Below, piece after piece: positions 38,353-46,267 of a stretch of DNA of 64,000 nt. Within the stretch, counting starts at the first letter, position 1. Each line of letters starts with the position of its first letter. Location: the NCBI GenBank assembly GCA_048941605.1, contig JBHLNL010000002.1:1928-65927 (forward strand), written 5' to 3'. The translations under genes and the position numbers were made by a program. Under the pieces are notes generated by a model that saw only the letters and a program-made list of their open reading frames with translations, was not told the origin of the DNA and ran no database searches. This stretch comes from Promethearchaeota archaeon. GTDB taxonomy: Archaea > Asgardarchaeota > Lokiarchaeia > Sigyniarchaeales > SOKP01.

Positions 38353-39282
38353 TTGCCATTTACCTGTAAATATTGTGGAGGTACCTATTGTAAAAAACAT
38401 CGACTACCAGAAAATCACGAATGTACTTTTGAATTAAAGCATGTACCTGTTATCCCTGCTACCCCAAAACAATCTAGAGGACAATACCAAGAGGTAATTC
38501 CAAAAAAAACAAGCTCAAAAGTATATTTAGATAAAGGTCCCAGAACTTTAAAAAAATATTTAAGGAGACAAGAAAAACAGAGAGTAAGATCATTAAGAGA
38601 TATAAGAGAATATTCAGATAGAGTCCGTAGATATCAAGGAACAGATTTAATTTTTATCTTATTAATTACTCTAACGGTCTTGTCAATGATATTTGTATCT
38701 TTTGGGATTGGGGAATATTTATATTTAAGTTTGAACGCACTCGCTACTAAGTTTACTATTCATACATTATTTACATCTCTTTTTATCGACCCAATAAATC
38801 CAAATGATCTTTTTTTCTTTTTCCAAATATTCTTCCTCTTTATTATGTTATATTTTACTTATAAAATAACCAAATTAATTGAAATGGCGAATGGGATGAA
38901 ATTTATAATTAAATTATTCCTTTTCTCAGGATTATGTGCAATTATCTTTTATTTTCTTCTGAGGTTTGCTTTGATTCCTTTTTACCCTATTTATAATAAT
39001 GAATTTTTTGATGGCGTTGGATTACTCTGGGGAGGAATTTATGGGTTAATTTCTTTTGTAATTTTTCCGGCTGTTGATCGAAAAAATACTGCCTTATTAG
39101 CATTTGTTCGAGTTAGAATGACTGGAAAAACGTTCTTGTATATGATTATATTAATAAGATTATTATTCGGATTAGTATATGGAGTAACTATTCATCCTTT
39201 ATATTTTCTCTACTATTTTCCTGAATTAGGAGGAATTTTAGGTTCATATTTGGTATATAAATATAAGATTTTTACTAGATAG
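38353..39282 (+). CDS. AN1-type zinc finger fused to a polytopic membrane domain (true N-terminus probably upstream, from 38293 or 38308; see findings)
   Basis: The tracked TTG start cuts the finger. The frame upstream encodes TYCEFC, which completes C-x2-C-x10-C-x2-C-x4-C-x2-H-x5-H-x-C. Six or more TM helices follow. Confidence 0.55.
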   Translation: MPFTCKYCGGTYCKKHRLPENHECTFELKHVPVIPATPKQSRGQYQEVIPKKTSSKVYLDKGPRTLKKYLRRQEKQRVRSLRDIREYSDRVRRYQGTDLIFILLITLTVLSMIFVSFGIGEYLYLSLNALATKFTIHTLFTSLFIDPINPNDLFFFFQIFFLFIMLYFTYKITKLIEMANGMKFIIKLFLFSGLCAIIFYFLLRFALIPFYPIYNNEFFDGVGLLWGGIYGLISFVIFPAVDRKNTALLAFVRVRMTGKTFLYMIILIRLLFGLVYGVTIHPLYFLYYFPELGGILGSYLVYKYKIFTR

Positions 39283-39391
39283 GGATTAAAACTTAGTAAC
39301 TATAGTATTGATATTAGTAAAAAATATCAAGGAATAAATCCTTAATTTTATAATCTACTCCCTAATGCAAATTTTCTTTTAGATAAGATAA

Positions 39392-40048
39392 ATGTCGGAA
39401 AAAAAAATTTCACGGATAATTGAATTAAACGAAGATTTAATCGATAATAATGACAAATTAGCTGCTCAAAATAACAAGTTTCTTAATACAAAAGGTATAA
39501 GAGCTTTTGATTTTGTTGGAGCCATTGGAGCAGGAAAAACAGCGATTCTAGAAGGAATAGTTAAAAGAATTTCTAAAGATCACAATATTCTAGTGGTAAA
39601 TGGAGATGTAGCTACAAGAATAGATGCTAATAGATTAGAAAAACATGGTGTAAGAACAATTCAGATAAATACAGGTCGTGAATGTGCCTTAAATTCTTAT
39701 CACATTTCCCAAGTTTTAAAAAATTATGATTTAAATGATGTTGATATACTTTTCATTGAAAATGTGGGGAATTTGATTTGTCCATCTGATTTTATTTTAG
39801 GTGCTGAGAAAAGAATTGTTATAGTGTCAATAACAGAAGGCCCATGGGTGATTCGTAAACATCCTTTATTATTTAAGTATTCTGATATAGCGGTCATTAA
39901 TAAAATAGATTTAAAAGATGTAGTTGAGGTAAACATCAAAGAAATGATAAAAGATGCAAAAAAAATAAATCCAGATCTTAAAATTTTTACAACAAGTGCT
40001 CTAACTGGTGAAAAAATACCCGAGCTTATAAAAGAAATATTAAATTAA
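39392..40048 (+). CDS. hypB: hydrogenase/urease nickel-incorporation GTPase HypB
   Basis: FDFVGAIGAGKTAILE (P-loop), ENVGNLICP, NKIDL: G3E-family HypB motifs. Confidence 0.85.
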   Translation: MSEKKISRIIELNEDLIDNNDKLAAQNNKFLNTKGIRAFDFVGAIGAGKTAILEGIVKRISKDHNILVVNGDVATRIDANRLEKHGVRTIQINTGRECALNSYHISQVLKNYDLNDVDILFIENVGNLICPSDFILGAEKRIVIVSITEGPWVIRKHPLLFKYSDIAVINKIDLKDVVEVNIKEMIKDAKKINPDLKIFTTSALTGEKIPELIKEILN

Positions 40049-40105
40049 TAAAATTAAGAATAAAAGTAAAAGAAAATAATAATATTATTAAATATAAAAG
40101 TTCTG

Positions 40106-40540
40106 ATGATTATGTCAGTTAGGCAATATAATACAGAGTTAGGAACTTTAATTGATAAGATCGTTAAGGTATATCTAGATAAAGATAAATTCTTCGTGGG
40201 ACAATTAAAGGGAATTTCAGAGGATTCAAACCTTATTCTGATTAATGCTAAAAATGAGAAGAATAAATCATTCCCTAAATTGTTTATAAGAAATAATTTT
40301 TATAATTTCGTGAGTTTAGAAGAAGAACCGTTCCCAATGATTGCGCTTGCTGACCGTATTGCCACTATTTTTTCAAAAGGTCATGTTAATTATATCGAAG
40401 ATCAAAATATTATATCAATATTAAGTGGTAAAATTATTGTTGATGAAAATGGAGTAAGGGGAGAAGGTCCTTCAGCAGATAGAGTAAGAAAAATTTATGA
40501 ACAATTTAAAATGGACTTAGAAAGTCCACCAGAAGAATAA
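40106..40540 (+). CDS. Sm-like (LSm) protein with a C-terminal extension
   Basis: Sm1-like LIDKIVKVYLDKDKFFVGQLKGISEDSNLILINAKNE and Sm2-like KLFIRNNFYNFVSL, then about 70 extra residues. Confidence 0.6.
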   Translation: MIMSVRQYNTELGTLIDKIVKVYLDKDKFFVGQLKGISEDSNLILINAKNEKNKSFPKLFIRNNFYNFVSLEEEPFPMIALADRIATIFSKGHVNYIEDQNIISILSGKIIVDENGVRGEGPSADRVRKIYEQFKMDLESPPEE

Positions 40541-40562
40541 TTTTTTTTTTATTTTTAAGATT

Positions 40563-41066
40563 TCATTCAGATTCGAATAAATTTAGCAAATTTTGTAAAT
40601 GCAAATCTTTTATAATATTTTTAAAAGTCGCTTTTCCTAAGGGAGTGATTTTAATTATCCCCAATTCATCAAATCTTCTTAAATAATCATTATCGATTAA
40701 AAATTGCACATCAGTATCCCAAACTTCATAAAAAATTTCTTTTAAATCGTCAATTTTTATATTTTCATCAACTTCTTTGCTTAAAGCGATAATTAAGGCT
40801 AAAATTCCATATTGTGACGGTGTAAAATTATCATCTTTACCATCAGAAGTTAGAATATACAATTTTTGCTCAAGGAAATTTGTTTTAATAAGTTCAAATC
40901 CTACATTTCTTAAATTCAAATAAACTCCACTCATAATTTCTTGAAAATCAAAATCCTTGCTTAAATTCTTAAGATCTTCCTCCCTGATTATTTTCTGAGG
41001 ATTAGTTAATATGAGTTTTGTAATATTTTTCACTATTTCATCTACTTCACTATTTTCAAACAACAC
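40563..41066 (-). CDS. operon gene 8: small tandem winged-helix-like protein (ScpB/kite-like or Vps25-like topology)
   Basis: 167 aa. Two helix-rich halves ending in beta-hairpin-like GFELIKTNFLEQKLYILTS and LGIIKITPLGKAT. TPSQYGILALIIALSKE resembles the ScpB second-WH opening. Inference only. Confidence 0.35.
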   Translation of the reverse strand: MLFENSEVDEIVKNITKLILTNPQKIIREEDLKNLSKDFDFQEIMSGVYLNLRNVGFELIKTNFLEQKLYILTSDGKDDNFTPSQYGILALIIALSKEVDENIKIDDLKEIFYEVWDTDVQFLIDNDYLRRFDELGIIKITPLGKATFKNIIKDLHLQNLLNLFESE

Positions 41067-41071
41067 TTACA

Positions 41072-42517
41072 TCAACTCTCTTTTATAGTTATAGTTTTTA
41101 AATTTTTAATTACTTTCTTTAATTCTAAATTTGGAAGGATAAATATAAGATTATAATTAGATAAATCGTTATCTATTTCGAATATTGGTAAAATTTTTCT
41201 TATTGTTCTAAAAATTGAACCTGCTTTATTATATTTACTTAAGATGGACACATTTGAAAGAATGATATTCTCTATTCTAATATGGAGCTTAATTGAGATA
41301 TAAAACACAAGAATAAAGAAGATTTTTTCAGGAGTAGTTAATTCCTCAAAATTTACAGGTGGATTATCATTTCTCATGAATTTTAATTCGATCAAAAAAC
41401 TGTTAAGATTTTCCTTAACAATAATTCTAAATTGAGATATTAAATTAATTTCTGTTATGAATTTATTTATTAAAATTTCAATCTCATTAAGATGGTTTTC
41501 CAATTCTCTAAATTGATCTAATGATTCAGAGATTTCTTTTTCATTTGTTGTGATAGTAATCTCAGTTTCAAGATTTTTTACTTTTTCATCAAACTCCTTC
41601 AATTGGGTAATTATTAAGGATAAATCAATGGGATTTTGAGGATTATAATAATTTTTTGAGATAACCAACTTATCTAATTGAGTTTCTATTTTTTGAAGTT
41701 TTTCTTTAATTTCATTTATTGGGCGTATTGATTTTACATAATTTAAATCATCATTCTGAAAGGTTGCAATATCATCATCTTTTATTTTTTCTTTTAGTTC
41801 AGATTGTAGATCTTTTATTCTTTTCTCCTCAGTATTGATTATATCCAACAAAGTATGATAATCCTTTTTGTATATTTCAAAAATTGGCCTCAATTCTTCC
41901 AATTTAAATTGAATTTGATCTACTTTTGATTTATTTTTATTAATTTCAAATTGAATTTCTTTTGCGGTCTTTTGAAGACGTTTTATTCTTTCAGCGTTCG
42001 ATAAATTGTTGTTAGTTTCTATAGTATTTCCTTTTTTCTCATTTTTTAATCCTGGCACATCTTCTGACATCTCTCGAGTGATTTTATTGATTTGACTGAA
42101 ACAGTGTTTTTTTTGTTTAGTTAATTCCTGAATTTTTGAATTAAAATCTGCTAATTTCTCATTTACTTGGTCAATTTGGTTTTTACGGTGTAAAAAATCC
42201 ATTTCTAACAATTTTAATTTTGTTTTATTTGATACTAAGGATTCATTCAATTTTTCTAATAATTCTGAACTAGCCGTAATTTCACTTGATTTTTTATAAT
42301 GTTTTGATAATTCTAATTCTCTTAATAAATATTGTTTTTGGTTTAAAAGCATATTGTAATTAACAATAAGAATTAAACTTTCCACAATCTCATTATATTG
42401 GGAATTAATATCAATATTCTTATGAGTTATTTTGTGATATTCAATTAAAAAATCTAACATTTTATTAGATTTCGTTAATTTGGAGGAGGATTCAGAATTT
42501 TTCTGTATTAAATGCAA
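41072..42517 (-). CDS. operon gene 7: long coiled-coil protein with degenerate Rad50/SMC-like head segments (open frame continues upstream to 42694)
   Basis: The central ~300 aa is a heptad-rich coiled coil. The C-terminus LTTPEKIFFILVFYISIKL...NIILSNVSILSKY...NLIFILPNLEL parallels signature/Walker B/H-loop positions with the catalytic residues replaced. Confidence 0.45.
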   Translation of the reverse strand: MHLIQKNSESSSKLTKSNKMLDFLIEYHKITHKNIDINSQYNEIVESLILIVNYNMLLNQKQYLLRELELSKHYKKSSEITASSELLEKLNESLVSNKTKLKLLEMDFLHRKNQIDQVNEKLADFNSKIQELTKQKKHCFSQINKITREMSEDVPGLKNEKKGNTIETNNNLSNAERIKRLQKTAKEIQFEINKNKSKVDQIQFKLEELRPIFEIYKKDYHTLLDIINTEEKRIKDLQSELKEKIKDDDIATFQNDDLNYVKSIRPINEIKEKLQKIETQLDKLVISKNYYNPQNPIDLSLIITQLKEFDEKVKNLETEITITTNEKEISESLDQFRELENHLNEIEILINKFITEINLISQFRIIVKENLNSFLIELKFMRNDNPPVNFEELTTPEKIFFILVFYISIKLHIRIENIILSNVSILSKYNKAGSIFRTIRKILPIFEIDNDLSNYNLIFILPNLELKKVIKNLKTITIKES

Positions 42518-42708
42518 AAATTTTTCAGCAGAAATATTATCAAAATCTTCAGAAATTTCAAGGAATATTTTGTCTTTATATTCATTTAATAGATTCTTCT
42601 TAATCTTTCCATTAATTAATGTGAATCTATCCTTAATTAGAAACTCTTTAGAGCCAATTGATACCTTAAAATTATTAATTGGAATACTTAATACCTACTT
42701 CTTTTTAA

Positions 42709-43749
42709 TTATTGATTATTGAAATGATCTCTATACTCTTTATACTCTTTTTCTTTCTTTTTCTTCCTTTCTCTAATTAAATCAATTGGATCTTTATCCT
42801 CGTCCTTTTGAATCATATATTTTTCATTAAAGCTTTTATTCATTTGTAACTTAAATTTTTTAATCTTTTCGGAAACCTCGTCGCTAATTTCAATTGATTC
42901 TTGTTCGGTAGCTTTTTTAGAAATATCTGTTAATTTTTCTCGGCTTTTTCTCCTTCTTAATCTTTCAAATTCCCTATCAGAAAGTTTTAAATATTCTTCA
43001 TAAGTTTCTTTTTGTTCTTTTTGTTTCTTCTTTAATTTTTCTAATTCTTCTTTCTCTCTTACTTTTTTCAGTATTTCCCTTTTAGCGGTTAATTCTTTTT
43101 GAGTCGCACGGTTTTCACTGGTTTTTAAGTACTCTTTAAAACTTGAATCTGGATTTTTAATAAAAAATTTTTTATATTCTTCGATTAAAATTGGATTTGT
43201 TTCCTCAGGAATCTTATCCAATTCATTTTCAAGTCTTTTTTGTAATAGTTCTTGATAATAAATTCTTATTTTTCCTACGGATTTTTGAAAAAGACTATTA
43301 TATTTTAAGGAATCTAAAAGCTCTAACCATTCTTGTATTTCAATTGAAGGTATAAATGACACAAAATCTATGATTTTACTAATTTTTTTATCTTGAATTA
43401 AAGATAATCCTATTCTTTTTGCTAAATCTTTATCAATCTTTAAATTTTTTAATTTATCCCTAAAAATTTCTTTATATTTTTTAACTAACTTGTCTTGAAA
43501 ATCAAGAAACTTATTTAAATTGATTTTAGTTATTTTGTTTAATCTATTATTAACATTTTGCATGATACTTTTTATAGTTGCAATCTGGGCAAGAAAAGTC
43601 TCATTCTTAATTTGATTTTCAACAATATGTGAATTTTTTTCAAAATTTAAAGAGATTTCTTTTAATTGATTTAATTTTATCTGGAGATCTTCAATTGGAT
43701 ATGTTAATTCCTTTATTTTTTCTAGATTGAATATTTGGTTAGTTTTCAT
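42709..43749 (-). CDS. operon gene 6: K/E-rich coiled-coil protein
   Basis: 346 aa. The C-terminal third is strongly charged (KREILKKVREKEELEKLKKKQKEQKETYEEYLKL...). No enzymatic motif. Confidence 0.45.
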   Translation of the reverse strand: MKTNQIFNLEKIKELTYPIEDLQIKLNQLKEISLNFEKNSHIVENQIKNETFLAQIATIKSIMQNVNNRLNKITKINLNKFLDFQDKLVKKYKEIFRDKLKNLKIDKDLAKRIGLSLIQDKKISKIIDFVSFIPSIEIQEWLELLDSLKYNSLFQKSVGKIRIYYQELLQKRLENELDKIPEETNPILIEEYKKFFIKNPDSSFKEYLKTSENRATQKELTAKREILKKVREKEELEKLKKKQKEQKETYEEYLKLSDREFERLRRRKSREKLTDISKKATEQESIEISDEVSEKIKKFKLQMNKSFNEKYMIQKDEDKDPIDLIRERKKKKEKEYKEYRDHFNNQ

Positions 43750-43798
43750 TTTTTATTGGTATTAAACTGTGTTTTAAATATTTAGATCCAGATTAAAT

Positions 43799-44908
43799 TT
43801 ATATTTCAGGAGGGCTAGGGATCATTCTACTCTTTTTATCTGATTTTTTCATATTTGTTGAAATTTGCTTGGTGTCACTTAAAACATCTTGTCTATCAAC
43901 ATGGATAGCAGTACCTCCAACTAATTTTAATGAACTATAGAAAGAGTCATAAGTCAATACACCTGTATTAATTGATTTTAATATAGCAACTCTTGTACCT
44001 CTTTCAATATCAGATCCTGAATATCCATATGTTAAATTTAATAGTCCTTGGGATTTTTGCTTCTTTTTAAATTCTTCCCATAAAATACCATTATCAAATT
44101 CAGAAATAATTCGACCTAATTTTGTTTCCAATTGTATTGATACTTCTTGGATTGCTTTATATTCATTATTTAAATTTGAGATAATTGTATCATCTACCCC
44201 GATCTTATAAATTTTTAGTTTATTGATAAATGATTCAATAATTTTTTTTCTTAAGTGAAAATCAGGAAAATAAAATTTAAAATGGAAAGTAAAACGACGC
44301 CATATTGCGGAGTCTAGTTGATTTTGATGATTAGTAGCTCCAAATATCGCTAATGGAACTCCTTCATAATTGATTCGATCAATAACTTGAAGAAAGGAAA
44401 TTACTGCCCTTTTGATTTCTCCCACTTCATGAATATTAGATCTTTCAGAGCCAATTGCATCAATTTCATCAAAAAATAATATAAAAGCTCCTTTTTCTTT
44501 AGAAATTTCAGCAGCTAATTCGACAACTCCTCGAATATTTTTAATGGTATCTCCAAGTAATGGTGATACAAGTCTATCAGATTCTACTACACAGATTGGT
44601 ATATCATGTTTTTTGGCAAAACCTCTCGTTAGGGATGTTTTTCCTGTACCTGGAGGACCATAAAGAAGAACTGTTAGATTGGGAGCTAAATTGGTGTTTT
44701 TTAAATTTTCTGTAAATTCATTATATTTATTCAAAGCATTAAAAAAATCCTCTAAAATTTCTTTTTTAACTTCATTTCCTAAAATATCATCTATTGTTTC
44801 TTTAATATCAGAAGGAAAATAAACAGCTCCATATTTACCAAGTCTGTCTTTAATTACATCGTCAGTAAATACTGATTTAGTTTCCTTTTCACTGTTAGAT
44901 TTATTCAT
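43799..44908 (-). CDS. operon gene 5: classical-clade AAA ATPase
   Basis: Walker A LLYGPPGTGKTS, Walker B FILFFDEIDAIG, second region of homology GATNHQNQLDSAIWRRF, lid GYSGSDIE. Short N-terminus with no MIT or double-psi barrel recognisable. Confidence 0.8.
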   Translation of the reverse strand: MNKSNSEKETKSVFTDDVIKDRLGKYGAVYFPSDIKETIDDILGNEVKKEILEDFFNALNKYNEFTENLKNTNLAPNLTVLLYGPPGTGKTSLTRGFAKKHDIPICVVESDRLVSPLLGDTIKNIRGVVELAAEISKEKGAFILFFDEIDAIGSERSNIHEVGEIKRAVISFLQVIDRINYEGVPLAIFGATNHQNQLDSAIWRRFTFHFKFYFPDFHLRKKIIESFINKLKIYKIGVDDTIISNLNNEYKAIQEVSIQLETKLGRIISEFDNGILWEEFKKKQKSQGLLNLTYGYSGSDIERGTRVAILKSINTGVLTYDSFYSSLKLVGGTAIHVDRQDVLSDTKQISTNMKKSDKKSRMIPSPPEI

Positions 44909-44933
44909 TTTTTTTCAACTCATTATTTTAAAT

Positions 44934-46241
44934 TTATTTATTCATATTTTTATTTTCAAATGCCTCACAATAAATTGCAATTTCATTAATAAAATCTTTC
45001 AGATTATCAATTTGAGATCCAATAAAATTAAAAATTTCTTTTCGATATTGGATTGAATCTCTAATTTTCATCTTATCTAACCCTAAATAGTTTGGAAAAC
45101 ATATTAATTTCATTAAATATGGAAGAACTTTTTCATTTGTTTGCAGATCTTTAAAAATGGAATAAAAAATATTTTCATCAGATAATTTCCATTTTAAAAT
45201 ACCCATATATATTAAAAAAGCAAAATTCATTGAAATCCAATTAATTAATTCTTTTGATAAAAAGCCCCGTCTTTGGGATGCAAATGCTAAATAATATAAT
45301 ATCAATGTTTCATTGCTAAATTGTGGATATAATCTTGTATTCCCATCTGTTTGTTTATTGTCTCTTAGAAAGTTGTTTTCTAATAAAATTTCTATAAAAC
45401 CTTCCTGTGGTGCTAGAAAAATCCCATCAATTAGACGTAACCCTATCCTTTCAGCAACTTTTTCAATAGCTTCTTCTTCTGCATTCGCAATCGAGTCAAT
45501 ATAGGGTAAAAATACGTCATTTTTTAAGATCATAGGAATCTCATGGTCTTTTTTTTCCGGAAATTCTCCAAAATTGGGATCCAAGTTGTAGAGTGATGTT
45601 ATGTTATTGATTATTTGATATATTTTTGGTGAGATTCCAGGAATTTCAAAATAATCTGGATTTTCTAAATTTTCTCGATAATAAGTATGTGGCTGTAAAA
45701 GGTGCCTTTGACATTCATAAAAATTATTAGAAGATTTTAACAACTTTTCATATATAAGTTTGAGATTTGCCCCTCTTGGAAATAAAATATCTTCAATGAA
45801 TTTAACTAATTTATATAAATAAGTATTTTCCAAATTTAATTCATCAGGATTAGTGATATGACGTAAAATATTCAAGGCGTCGATAGACTCATGGAGAAAA
45901 TCAACAATGTAATCTTTGATATCAATTATAGGGATGTTATCTCGGTATTTAACAATGAAGTCTTTAATTATCTCATAAATATTCGATCGGTACATCGCAG
46001 AAAATTCTGAAAGTGCCCTAACTTTACGAATATTTCTCTTTTCTTCTTCTTGGCGGATTTTATCTAAAATTTCAGGATCTAATAATAGATCTGCATCTAA
46101 TTCAATAATTATTCTTCTAGTTTCCCTTAGAATTGGGCGCATATGACTTAAAAATGTTAAATATCTTGGTAAAATATCTGTCCATTTCTCTCTTTTTCTT
46201 CCTGATTTTACTGTTCTCGTAGATTTTTTTTTATAACTCAT
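44934..46241 (-). CDS. operon gene 4: hypothetical protein (435 aa)
   Basis: Long ORF 25 nt upstream of the AAA gene. Basic N-terminus (KKKSTRTVKSGRKREK). No motif recognised. Confidence 0.45.
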   Translation of the reverse strand: MSYKKKSTRTVKSGRKREKWTDILPRYLTFLSHMRPILRETRRIIIELDADLLLDPEILDKIRQEEEKRNIRKVRALSEFSAMYRSNIYEIIKDFIVKYRDNIPIIDIKDYIVDFLHESIDALNILRHITNPDELNLENTYLYKLVKFIEDILFPRGANLKLIYEKLLKSSNNFYECQRHLLQPHTYYRENLENPDYFEIPGISPKIYQIINNITSLYNLDPNFGEFPEKKDHEIPMILKNDVFLPYIDSIANAEEEAIEKVAERIGLRLIDGIFLAPQEGFIEILLENNFLRDNKQTDGNTRLYPQFSNETLILYYLAFASQRRGFLSKELINWISMNFAFLIYMGILKWKLSDENIFYSIFKDLQTNEKVLPYLMKLICFPNYLGLDKMKIRDSIQYRKEIFNFIGSQIDNLKDFINEIAIYCEAFENKNMNK

Positions 46242-46267
46242 ATTTATTAATTTACCATATAGTTATT

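Noticed and set aside
39392-40048. HypB as a marker of a hydrogenase maturation cluster.
   Set aside because: No hypA/C/D/E/F or hydrogenase structural genes are adjacent. A lone G3E GTPase gene is unremarkable without the rest of the genome.
42480-42722. Plus-strand ORF bridging operon genes 6 and 7.
   Set aside because: It is antisense to the 59-codon open extension of gene 7 and encodes low-complexity sequence. The minus-strand reading is protein-like and continuous with gene 7.
43799-44908. Calling the operon AAA ATPase Vps4 and the cluster an ESCRT locus.
   Set aside because: There is no MIT domain at the N-terminus. No Snf7/ESCRT-III-like gene is recognisable in the operon, and there are no ubiquitin-system genes nearby. 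The tandem-WH protein alone is insufficient.
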